DNA of 64,000 nt from Lama glama (Eukaryota): contig CM052818.1 of assembly GCA_028534125.1 (NCBI GenBank), forward strand, positions 1,986,001 through 2,050,000, given 5' to 3'. A model generated the notes under the pieces. That model was not told the DNA's origin. It worked only from the letters and a program-made list of their open reading frames with translations, and did no database searches. Within the stretch, counting starts at the first letter, position 1. Each line of letters opens with the position of its first letter. The position numbers and the translations under genes are program-made. Positions 36,380 to 48,545 of this stretch are shown piece by piece.

Positions 36380-38582
36380 TTTTCCTTCCAGTTTTATTGA
36401 TGCAATTGACTGTATAAGTTTAAGGTGCACAGCAAAATAGATTGACTTAAATGCATCATAAAATGATTATCCCAGTAAGTTTAGTGAGCTTCTGTCATCT
36501 CATACAGATACAAAATTAAAGAAATAGAAAAAATTTTTTTCTTGTGATGAGAACTCTCAGGATTTACCCTTAACAACTCTCATATATAATATACACCAGT
36601 GTTAATTATATTTATCATGTTGTACATTATATCTCTAGTACTTATTTATCTAATAACTGGAAGTTTGTTACCTTTTGACTGCCTTCATCCAATCCCCCAC
36701 CCAAACACCCCACCTCTGGTAACCACAAATCTGATCTCTTTTTTTTTTTTTATGAGTTTGTTTGTTTTTGAAATATAATTGACCTACAACACTGTGTTAA
36801 TTCTTGTTACACAACGAGTGATTCAATATTTCTATGCATTTCAAAGTGATGACCAAGATGAGCCTAGTTCCGATATGTCACCATACAAAGGTATTGCAGT
36901 TACTGACTACGTAATCCACACTGTACATCTCATACCCGTGACTCATTTATTTTGCAACTAGAGTTTGTACCTCTTAATCTAATCTACCTATTTCTTTCTT
37001 CCCCCCACTCCCTGCACCTCTGGGAACCAAATGTTTGTTCTCTGTATCTGTAACTCTGTTTCTGTTTTGTTATGTTTGTTCATTTGTTTTGTTTCTTAGA
37101 TTCCACATAAAAATAAAAACACACAGTTTTTGTCTTTCTCTGCCTGATTTATTTCACTTAGCACAATACCCTCTAGGTCTACGCATGTTGTCACAAATGG
37201 CAAGCTTTTACTAGTTTTTATGGCTAATATTCCATTGTACATATATAACATCTTCTTTATCCATTTATCTATTGATGAGCATTTAGGTTGCTTCCATATC
37301 TTGGCTATTATAAATGATGCTATGATGAACATAGGGGTGCACATGATTTTTCTAATTAGTATTTTTGTTTTCTTAGGATAAATATTCAAGTGTGGAATTG
37401 CTGGGTCATATGGTAGTTCTATTTTTTAATTTTTTTGAGGACTCTGTATAGTTTTCCATAGTGGCTACACCAATTTACATTCCCACCAGCAGTGCATGAG
37501 ATTTTCCTTTTCTCCATATCCTCACCAACACTTGTTATTTGTTATCTTTTTGAGAATAACCATTCTGACAGATGCCAGGTGATATCTCCTTGTTGTTTTT
37601 ATTAACATTTCCCTGACATTGAGCATCTTTTCATGTGCCTGGTTGTCATCTGTGTGTCTTTGGAAAAAATGTCTACTCAGATCCTCTGACCATTTTAAAA
37701 TCAGGTTGTTCACTTTTTTGATATTAAGTTGTATGAGATTTTTGTACTTTTTGGATATTAACCCCTTAACAAATACATCATTTGCAAATCTCCTCTCCCA
37801 TTAGTAGGCTGCCTTTTTGTTTTGTGTCCTTCACTATGCAGAAGCTTTTTAGTTTGATGCAGTCCCATTTGTTTATTTTTTATTTCGTTTGTCTTCTCTA
37901 AGGAGGCAGATCAATGAGAAAATACTACGAAGAATGACATCAAAGAGAGTACTGCCAATTTTTTTCCATGAAGTTTTATGGTCTCAAGTCTTAAATTTAA
38001 GTCTTTAATCCACTTTGAATTTAATTTTACTCATAGTGTGAGAGAGTAGGCCAGTTTGATTGTTTTGCATGTGGGTGTCCAGCTTTCCCAGGACCATTTC
38101 TTGAAGAAGATGATGTTTTTCATTGTATATTCTTGCCTCCTTTGTCATAGATTAATTGCCTGTATGAGTTCGTGTCTGGGTTCTCTATTCTGTTTAATTG
38201 ATCTGTGTGTCTGTTTTGTGCCAGTACCATATTGTTTTGATGACTGCAGCTTTGTAGTAAAGCTTGAAATCAGGGAGCTTAATACCTCCAGCTTTGTTCT
38301 TTCTCTTTGTTCAATCTGTAGTTTGCCTCGGGTAGTATGAGCATTTTAACAATATTAATTCTTCCAGTCTATGAGCCCATCTGTTTGTGTCATCTTTAAT
38401 TTCATTTATCAGTATCTTATAGTTTTCTGAGTACAAGTCTTTTACCTCCTTAGTTAGCTTTGTTCCTAGGTATTTTATTATTTTTTGATGCAATTATAAA
38501 AGTGGAGTATTTTCTTAATTTCTCTCTCTAATAGTTCATGGTTTAGTGTACAGAAAAGCAACAGATACTCTATACTAATTTG
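36380..38582 (-). mobile_element. L1 3' part (about 2.2 kb, ORF2 C-terminus and long 3'UTR)
   Basis: ORFs 37096..37389 (CTPMFIIASFIIAKIWKQPKC), 37522..37713 and 38311..38493 ([21 protein letters not shown]) are L1 ORF2 fragments. Confidence 0.93.
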
Positions 38583-40506
38583 GGCTTTGTTGCTGTAAGC
38601 TGTGAAGTTTGTAGTTACTGAGTTCATCCTTTCAAGGCCTGTTACAACATTTTTCTGGGGAGCCCTTAATCTAGGGTTTAGTCCTGTGTGAGTCTTCTCA
38701 GGATCTCTATTGAATGCTCCACATGTTCAACAAGGACTCTTCGAGTCTTGTTTAATATCTTAAAATTGTTCAGCTTATGACTCCCTGATTGTTCTTCTCC
38801 CAGCCTCGTGGAGCTTTACGCGTAACCATCTTAGTGTCCATCAGAGACACAGGGGATCCCACGCAGACTTCTCCAGCTGTTTTTCTAAATAGCTTATTCC
38901 AGTTCCTCGCCTCAGCACTCAGCTATCTCAGACTCCCTTGACTATAATCTCTGTTTCCTCAGCTTAGTGAGACTGCCACACACAGCTTGGGGTACCTCTC
39001 CCTCTTCTGTTGTCCAGAAGATGCCTCCAGACAGAAGCCAATGCGATCACTGGGGTCTCCTTCCCCACCCCCACCTCCTCCCCAGGACCACAGTCTTGAG
39101 CTGCCTGTTGTCCAATGTCTGAAAGCAATTATTTCATATATTTTTCTAGTTTCTAGTTGTTTAAAGTAGGAGGGTAAGCCCTGTCCCTGTTAACCTACCA
39201 TCACTGGAAGTGAAAGAGTCAATACTCTCTTCCTTCGTGACTTGGGTAATTACAGAACTATGGGCTTAAATAAGTTGCAAAAATTAGTTTTGTTGATTTT
39301 TTTCCTGATATTTACTGCAAACATTGCCAAAAATACCAAAGTTGTGACAAAAATAATAACCACATGTCACTGTTGATATTTTGACATGTGTCTTCAAACT
39401 ATTGTCTATATTTGGTGACACTCATAGATATGCATTTATAACTTTAACTTTGTGGTGGATGACAAAGCCTTGGTAATTAAACAAAATAAAAATAAGTAGC
39501 ATAAATCTTGGAATGGCGTTAGAAATGTTATCATTATTTACAGATAATATAATTGCTTATTTAAACCCTCCCCCCCAAAAAAACCTAAAAATTACTGTAA
39601 ATGGAAAGATTTTTATATGCCAATATTGACTAATTAGAAATTATAATGGGAGAAAGACCTTGATTACACTAGCAACAAATATATGCAACGTCACATATGT
39701 CTGTAAAACTCAAGGTTCACCTGAATTTTTAAATTAACCAGTGAGAATATCATGCTCTAACGTGGGAACATTTCATGATGAAAAGTTGTCCATTTCCCAC
39801 AAATTAAACTATAAGTTATTTGTAATCCTCACCAAAATCCATATGGGACTTTTTAGAGCAAGGCAAAATGATTCTAGAAATCACTGAAAGAATAAAGTTT
39901 GAGAAGATCCCGAGGGGGTTTGAAGAAAGAGAGTAATGAAGTGGGAGTTTCCCTACCAGATATTAAAGTGTATAATCAAGTTACAGTGATCTTAAAAGGA
40001 TCGTAAAAGGCACTAGTGCAGGGACAGACAAAACAGATCAGTGGAACAAAAGACAAAGTCCAGAAAAAGTCCAGAAATATTCAACAAGGTACTGCGACAT
40101 TAAACTGGCGTTTTAAGTCAGTGGGGAATGGATGAGTTTACTTAATAAATAAATTTGAATTTACTATCAAATGGCTTGGGGCGCAAGGAATATGTAAGGA
40201 GTTAAAACATAAGTTATGTCAGAATAAATCCAGGTAGATTAAAGGCACAAATGTAAAACAGTAAGCTTATCAGGGGGGTGGGAAACAGGCATTCTCATGT
40301 ATTTTGGGTAGAGAACAATTTGTATAACTCTTTGGAGGACAATTTGGCAATATCAACCAAATAGTAAATAAAAGAATGTTCGCACACATTGGCCCCACGA
40401 TTCCTCTTCTGTTAATCCGTCTGGTACTTTGCGTAGATATACTGGTCCATGTACACAAATAAATATCCTTGGACAAGAACACTAATGGCAGCATTATTTA
40501 CGATAG

Positions 40507-41732
40507 TGTAACAAAATATTAGAATGGGACTCTTCCTGGCTCAGGACACCAAACTGAGTTTGTCATACACCCCGCCCTCTCCATAAATTGATGAAGGGAT
40601 TTGGCCAAGAATCTGTTCAGTGATTCTTGGACTGCTCAGCGACATCAAGGAGGGAAACGAGGTCTGAGACTATAAGGGTGGGGCATTTCAGGAAACGGTT
40701 CTTTAGAGAGAAATGCTGCCTTTCTGGGTCCTCACCCCACCCCTGTCTGGGGGATGAGTGAGGGAGGTTGTTGTCAAGACTAGGAAGGAAACATCTAAGG
40801 AACCTCTCAGATTGCTTCAAGAGGCTTCACCACAGTGGGAGACACAGAAGACCTGGCCTGGTCCAGGGCTAGGGGGTGCTAAAGAGGCCTGGGGCCAGGG
40901 GCTGACTCTCCTGAGAAATTCAGAAGTCAGGGAAGGCCTGCCTTGTGACTTTAGTGGCAAAGCCCTGCAATCTCTGCTGTGTTGGGAGCAGATTGTTAGG
41001 ACAAGGGATATGTGAGTGTTTCCAAGGCCAGACATGGGCCCTGTGTCAAAGAGAGGACCAGCATGGGGTTCCCCGGGGTCTGGTTTAGTAGATCTGCCCA
41101 GGAGAGCAAGGTAGACCAAGGTGGCAATAGCTTCATACGCTCATGCCAAGGAAGGAGTCCCAAAGGACAATCAGAAACAGGTCAGGAGAACTGCAAGAGG
41201 GACTTTTTAGGAGCCCCTTCTAACAACACCCAAAGCTTCCCAAGACCAAGAGGCAGCATGGGCCATCTGCCAGGGGCAGAGAACTCAAAATCACCCAGCC
41301 AAATAAGAGCAACCATCTCATTCCTTTACCTTTCCTTGCTCTTTTACCCCCTCCCATCGCCATCTTGACTCCCATGTGGAGTAAAACAGCAACTTGTTGT
41401 GGGGATGATGGAAGGAAGAGAAGCAGACAGACTGAGACCCCTTCTCTACTCCAGGCTTCCTATTGGAAGCTGGCCAGGGTCGAGGGAGGAAAGAAGGTAC
41501 GACACAAAGTCAAGTTCAGGGGGTTGGTTTATTACATGGGCATAGACGTTATAATTCCTGAACTGACGCTATGTTGGACCAAAAATGAGAACCCAGGAGA
41601 ACTTCCAGTGTTTTCAGACAAAGTCAGAAAGTGTTAACCTAAAGAAATACTTTTAAAGGAATGATGGAAGGAGAAAATAAAGTTTTATTCTGATTATGTC
41701 ATGAGGCACACTTGTTCAACAAACCAGTTACA
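40507..41732 (+). mobile_element. Ancient Gypsy-type solo LTR (MamGypLTR-like), about 1.2 kb
   Basis: Inverted termini TGTAAC...GTTACA; 3' end aataaagttttattctgatta...cttgttcaacaaaccagttaca resembles MamGypLTR; splits the host L1 phrase gcagcattatttacgatag|gcagtaaaacactgg. Confidence 0.65.
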
Positions 41733-43191
41733 GCAGTAAAACACTGGGAAAACTTCAAGGTGCACCCAAAAAGGGCTAGATAAATACACTGATGTGCCCA
41801 TATAGTAAGATATTACACTATTGATAAAAATAACAAGGAAGATCTTTATGCACTTATAAGGGGTAATCTCCAAATAATGCATGCAGTGGGGATGAAAGCA
41901 AAGTATAGAACAATTTATGGAGTGTGCTACTCTATGTGGGGGGGAAAAAGGGGGTAGTGGGGACATACAATACATATACATTTTAAGTTAGAGTGTCTCT
42001 AGAAGGTTACCTAAGAAACTGGCCACACAATTTGCTTCTGAAGAAGACAGGCAGGATACTAGGGAACAGATATGGAAGGGGCATCTACTTTCTACCATGT
42101 GCATATAAATAAACTGCAGAATTGTGTAAGTACTAGGGAAAAACAGGTGATTATTTATCCAAATGAAGCCTGGGTAGTTTCATAGTTCAATCCTAACATA
42201 GACTAACAGTTAAACAGAATCCATACAGAAAAATGGAATTGAAAAGAGCTTAATCTTACTCTCAAGTAAATGCCAATGCGCTGTACTGACAGTATGTGCA
42301 TGTGTGAGAGAAGGACATTTTTAATGAACCACAAAACATCAAAAAAAAAAATCTCCCCATCTTTGCCATTCTCTGTGTCTTCCACATGTACAGCAGCTGG
42401 TCGCTACAAAATTTGGTATCTGTTCCACTCAAACTCCCAATCAAAATTCATTCTGAAACTGACAATGCATAGCTCAATTCTCCCATTCATTTTCTTCTGT
42501 GGATATACATTTTTCTTCTGCTAGAATTTTCTTCCCTATGTAAAATCTCCTACCCCTCTTCTAGGTCCTTCTGATTCTGCAGCTCTTTCTACTAAGTATT
42601 TGTAAACGTAACAAAAAGTCAGAGAGCAAACAGACACAGAATATTCTTTGGCATGCAAGAAGGTAGGCTATCGAATAGTTACATATTGTATCTATGATAT
42701 TTTTCTAATCTTGGGATGGGGCACACTCTCCCAAACACAAAACTAAATATAAAGGGAAGAAATGTTATATTTGACTACATTTCAAAATAACTTTTGAAAC
42801 AACCTGGTACAGGGACTCTTTTGAGCATGTTTAAAGGTATTATAAAGGTATAATTAATATAAGGTGTTGGTGGTGGAGGGGAACTGATAAAAAGGCCAAT
42901 GTAACATAATAGAGATCAGAGAAACACTCACTCATATAGATCAAGTTAATGTGACCAAAAAGGCAATAACAAACCAATGGCAAAAGGATGAACTGTTTAA
43001 AAAATGGTGCTGGAATGCTAGGTTATCCATATGGAAAAACAATTAGATCCCTACCTCACACCGTATTTTAAAAAAAAAATTCCAAGTAGATCAGAAATCT
43101 AAATATAAAAAGCACAAGCTTTTAACATCTAGAAGAAAATGTATGACACTATCTTTATAATCTTTGGATAAGGAAAACCATATCTTTAAAA

Positions 43192-43340
43192 GAATCTTAT
43201 TTACTATTTTATCATTTATTTTATTTTAGTGGAGGGGGAAGTAATTAGGTTTATTTATTTTTAGAGGAGGTACTGGGGATTGAACCCATGACCTTGTGCA
43301 TGCTAAGCATACACTCTACCACTTAAGCTATACCCTCCCC
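43192..43340 (-). mobile_element. Vic-1-like SINE, antisense
   Basis: gaggtactggggattgaacccatgaccttgtgcatgctaagcatacactctaccacttaagctataccctcccc; flanked by aaaaccatatctttaaaa / aaaagccatatttaaaa. Confidence 0.92.
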
Positions 43341-44995
43341 ACCACAAAAGCCATATTTAAAACACAGACAGCCCAAACCTTGAAGAAAAAGTGAGATGAC
43401 ACTAAAGTTCAATAAGATTTTGCTCAAGAAAGATGCCATACATATTTACTAAGCCAACAACCAACTGTAAAATAATCTGCAAAAGGTAGAACTACAAAGG
43501 AATACTACAATAGAACTAGAAAAATAAATAGAAGAGTGGGCACAATATGTGAGGATTTACAGAAGAGGAAGCCCCAGTGGCCAATAAATGTGTGAAAGCA
43601 TAACCAAAATAACTTGGGATCAGGAACATGTCAAAATAGTTAAGTAACATGTTTTACCCATAGTATTAACAAAAATTAAAAGTCTGATAATACTATGAGT
43701 TGGAGTAAAGAAAAAATACTTAGGAGAGAGTAAAATGGTACCACTGCTTGGGAGAATTCTTTGGCACCATCTAAGGAATCTGAAAATATGCACACCAGCT
43801 ACCCAGACGGTCAACATCTTGGCATGTACCAGGATAAACTCTTACATATGCACATAAAGGGCCACATACACTAATACTCACTGCAATGTTGCTCTTATAA
43901 TGAAAGTTTAGAAGAAAAAACCTTAAGTGTCGATCCATAGGAAGATGGATAAACTGTGGTGCATTTATAAAATAGGATACTATGCCTCCATTAAAATGAA
44001 TGAATTACAGCTGTGTATTTCAACAGGAATACATTTCTAAAACATAATATTGACCAAAAGCAAAGTACAGGACATCTACAATATGATTTTATTCTTGTAA
44101 AACTTCAAAACAGAAAATGTGCAAAACGATGTCATGTACATTATTTATGAACAAACACTTGTAGCTATTAAAACATGCAGGAGAATGATATATTAAAAAA
44201 TAGGTTAGTGATTAGATTTGGAGAGAGTGGAAGAGAAATGTAATTATGGAGAGGAATACAGAGTACATCAATCATAATGGGAATGTTTTGTTGCTTTAAA
44301 AAATCTAAGGCAAATTATCAAGTTGTTGATATTTCATAAGGCCACATGAAAGGATGCACAGGTATTATGTCATATTTCTATATTTCATAATGTAAACTGT
44401 GAAAATATTTGCAAAATATATGACAGAAGGGGTTAATAGTGTTTATCTATATGGAATACTTAAAATTCAATAACAAAATTACTCAAACACCCTTCTCAAA
44501 ATCTAAATCTAGACAAACTATGTAAGGAAGCAAGTCTCAAAAGAAGGATACAATTTCTAATTGTATCTAACCTCTCTAGTAATCAAAGAAATTCATATTG
44601 AAATGAGATGCTTCTTTTTGTTTTTTCCTTTCCAGATTGCAAAGATGAAAATCAGTGATAAGATAAGCACTCAGAGAGTGAAGCCATAGACATGCTCCAA
44701 TGAAATGAACAGGATTATAAATCCTCTTGTAACCATTGGTAGGACAATACAGCAGAAATCAAGTATTTGTTAAGAACACGATATCATTTGACTCATCAAC
44801 TCCATTTCTAGGAATTTATTCTAAGTGAGGCAGAGGTAGGAATCAGACTATTCTAAAAAAGAATGTCTATTGCAAGACTGTTTATTATACCAAAAATTGG
44901 AGACAATGTGGATGTCCTAAAATAGAAGCCTAAGAGAGTAAATGATGACACAGACATAAAACAATATAAAATTATGTTGTTCATATCTTTTCACC

Positions 44996-45520
44996 AATGG
45001 AAGCAACATAAATGCCCATTGACAGATGACTGGATAAAGAAATTGTGGTATGTTTATGCAATGGAATACTACTTGGCCATAAAAAAGAATAAAATAATGC
45101 CATTTGCAGCGACATGGCTGGACCTAGAGATCGTCATTCTAAGTGAAGTAAGTCAGCCAGAGAAAGAAAAAATTCTGTATGATATCACATATGTGGAATC
45201 TAAAAAAGTGATACAAATGAACTTATATGCGAAACAGAAACAGACTCACAGACATAGAAAACAAACTTACAGTTACCTAAGGGGAAAGGGATAAATTAGG
45301 AGTTTGAAATTAGCATATACACCCCATGATATATAAAATAGATAAACAACAAAGACCTACTGTATAGCACAGGGAGCTACACTCAATATCTTGTGATAAT
45401 GTATAATAGAAAGTCTGAAAAAGAATAGATACATATACACAATTGAATCTCTTTGCTGTACACCTGAAACTAATACAACATTGTAAATCAATTATACTTT
45501 AGTTAAAAAAAGAAAAAGAA
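44996..45520 (+). mobile_element. Younger L1 3' end with A-tail, 5'-truncated
   Basis: ORF 44974..45294 WKQHKCPLTDDWIKKLWYVYAMEYYLAIKKNKIMPFAATWLDLE; 3'UTR ends tgtaaatcaattatactttagttaaaaaaagaaaaagaaa. Confidence 0.95.
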
Positions 45521-47751
45521 AGCGCCACTTCAACTGCTTCCCTGATCTCGCCCTGCCCTGAGAGTACATTAACTCACTGCTCCACATGGCGCTGGGCGGT
45601 TGAACCAGATGAGCTTAGCTGACTAAGCGGCTTCCTTGTGTGCGCACCAGGGCAACAGGGGAACTTGCTGGGTGTCCCAGCCTCGTCTCCTCCCTCTGTT
45701 CCCTCACACTGCATCTGAACACAGGGCTCAGAGACAAGAAGGATGTGACCTGGGGCACTGGTTAAAAATTCAGAGCCTCAGGCCCTACTCTGGACTCACT
45801 GAATCCATCACTGGGTAGGTGCCAGGGAACCCACTTTGACAGCAAGGCTTGGGTGATGGCCACACTCATTTAGGCTTTAGATTCCATGAGGGAGTCACAG
45901 CGTACCCCACTCCTCACCTAACGAAGCACATGTGTCAGGAGGTTTGATGGGGCCCTATCCGGGTAGGGTGAGGAGGAGGGGATGGGGAGGGCCGTGGAAG
46001 AAGCAAAGAGAAAAAACGGTGAAGACAGACATGGGCCCCTCAGAAGTGCCCACGGTCGGGGCTGCAGGGTCTCCAGAGGGAACGGGTGCCCTGTGGGGCT
46101 GCCGGAGCCCAGCGAGGAGCCCTTTTCCTCTCCCCTGGGAGGTGGGAGAGGCTTCCAGGTGCCCATGGAGTCCTCTGGGCGGGCCCGGGACATTCAAGGC
46201 TGGCCACAGACAAGGGGGCTCAGGAAGGAGCGTGAATGAAAGATGACTGAGTCAGGGATAGATCTGGGAGGAAGTATTGCCCCCAACTCGCTGGAGAATG
46301 GAACCTGGATGTAAAGCAGGTAAAGGATGAACAGCTTGGCCAGCGTCTAGGAGGCACGGGCCACTCCTATTGGTCCCACATAGGTTATAGGTTTGCTCTC
46401 AGGAGGCCGGGAGCAGAGAAGGGACCTCTCCAAGCACCTGCAAGCACAAAGCCAGAGGGGTACTGTCTGGGTGAGCCAAGAAAAGATGAGCTGCAGACCC
46501 GGAGTGCTTGCAGACCAGCGTGGCTTCTGAACCCCCTTCCCCCGACCCTGAGTCGGTGCTTGGGGAGACTCTGGTGCTGACAAGTAGTTCCAGATGCGTG
46601 ACCCCCACGGGGCTGGGCAGCTGGCTATTTCTTGTCCGTCCCTGGAGCTTGCTGTGGGCAACACAGGAGATGGAGGGGAGGCCCAGATGCAGCCCCGGGA
46701 GCCATCAGAGAGCAGAGCTAGAGGACGGAGGGATGTCTGCTCCCCGGGGCCGATGTCCACCCTTGGCCTGGCCACCATCCTAGTCAAATTATGCTTGTTT
46801 ATGAGGGCAGCTTAGACGAACAGCGGAAAGAACTGAGGACAGGAAGGGACTGTGGGCTGCGACAGCCAGGGAAGGCTTTCTGGAGTAGGGGACAAAAGTG
46901 GGCCTTGATGTACCAGCCCGGTGTGCTATATGGACGGAACTGTTCCTTCCCCCCCCCCATTCCCATAAAGTAAGCCTTAGAAAAGCCACCGTCATTGTGT
47001 CACTGTGTCCTTGTTCCCCGTGGGCCTTTCTACATCACCCAGAAGTCCTGGCTGTGCTTGGATGGAAGGGGAGTTGGAGCAGTCTGTGCTTCTGAGTAGG
47101 CCTCAGTGTTACGTTTAGGACCATGGTCAGGAGATCCTGGGGCAGGGCTGCTGGGGTGTCTGGGGAAGCCAAGGGGACAGGGAGCGACATTTCCAGAATA
47201 GAACATGGCTCTCTTCCTCCCTGTTTGCCCTGCGAGGTCCTCCTCCGGGCAGGTGGGCGGCGGTGGGCACTGACCGGGGTGGTGCCCTGGTGTTCCTGGT
47301 CTCCGCCCAGGCGGGGAACACAAACACAGAGCCAGGCGGAGTGTTTTCCATGTACGCGCTGCACGCCAGGGCCTGGCCTGCCCCTGACCGTGCCCGGTGT
47401 CCATGGCACATCGAGCTGGGCATGAGGACAATTCTGCAGGGGAGCAGCAGGGAGGAGGCCAGGCTGAGGCGGGACACCACCCCTCTCCTCCGCATTCCCT
47501 GAGGGCAGCGCTGGGGCGGTCCCTTGGCGCATCCTCCCTTCTCCTGACAACACTTCTGGGAGCGGGAGTGGCTTGATGAACCGGGTGCTGAGCAAGTCAG
47601 GAGTTCCCAACCCTCCTGCAGTGGGGCCACGGCCACATCCTGCCCCTGACTCAGTGCCAACCTAACCGACCTCAGACGGACCCCGACCCTGTCTTCAGAT
47701 TGATGCCTGTGGTGCCGGCCGGCGGGGCGGGGAGCTGGCGGGCTATAACAC

Positions 47752-47945
47752 ACGCTAATACTTACACATCATTTCCTCCACGCTGAGCACTACTCTAAGC
47801 CATTTGTATGAATTAATTTATTTAAACCCACACAACAACTCATCAAAGTTAAGCACTGCTATCTCAGAGGCGCAGTGAGGAGGAAGCATCTGCCTCAGGT
47901 TTCACACTGAGCAGGTGGTGGAGCCTGGACTCAGGTGGTCTGGCC
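47752..47945 (-). mobile_element. MIR SINE
   Basis: gcactactctaagccattt...atttaaacccacacaacaactc...gagcaggtggtggagcctggactc. Confidence 0.75.
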
Positions 47946-48264
47946 CCGGAGGCAGGTACCTACCCACTGCGCGGGGCGCGACCCCGCCACTGGGGAGGAA
48001 GGGAAAGGCGGCAATTGTGCTGGCCCGGCGGGTGGCCGAGGGCCTCATCTTCCTTGCTAGATGACAGCACACGCGTGCTTCCTACCCAAGAGGTGGCAGA
48101 AGAGGGGGCAGAGCCAAGCTGGAAATCATCTGACCCCAACCCTGGCCTCTGGGCCTCACGTGACGCCACACCCTGCCTGGGAGCATTGGAGACAGCAGCG
48201 GCTGGCCATTCATTCTAGACCCATAGTATCTGTCCCAGCTTCCTGCTCACCCAGGCCTCACCCT

Positions 48265-48545
48265 CATCCGTCCATCCATCCATCCATTAAGTGTTACTGT
48301 GTGCTCAGCTCTGTGCTAGGAATGGGGGTGGCACAGCGATGGATGAGGCTCTGTTTGTGTCATCACAGTCTGATGGGACAACAATTTATCTATCTATCTG
48401 TCTGTCTGTCTGTCTATCATCTATGTCCTTATGTGTCAATGATCTATGTATCTATCCATCATCTATGTATCTATCATCTATTTACCTACCTGTCCTCTGT
48501 CTGTCTGTCTGGGTATCTATCTACCCATCTATCTATCTGACACAG
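48265..48545. repeat. (TCCA)n and degenerate (TCTA/TCTG)n tract within an antisense L2 fragment (L2 continues to about 48750)
   Basis: catccgtccatccatccatcc; tatctatctatctgtctgtctgtctgtctatc; followed by gaaagcttcctaggagaag...gtcttgaaggaggcagggg. Confidence 0.85.

Larger units (their letters stand above)
39470..44950 (+). mobile_element. Sense-oriented old L1 (L1ME/MC-like) fragments, interrupted by an LTR and a SINE
   Basis: ccctaccagatattaaagtgtataa, cagatcagtggaacaaaagacaaagtccagaaa, aaatggtgctggaa...tccatatggaaaaa...gatccctacctcacacc. Confidence 0.8.

Noticed and set aside
47030..47753. Stack of overlapping 130-208-aa ORFs
   Set aside because: Pro/Gly/Arg-rich ORFs open in several frames on both strands, typical of GC-rich non-coding DNA.
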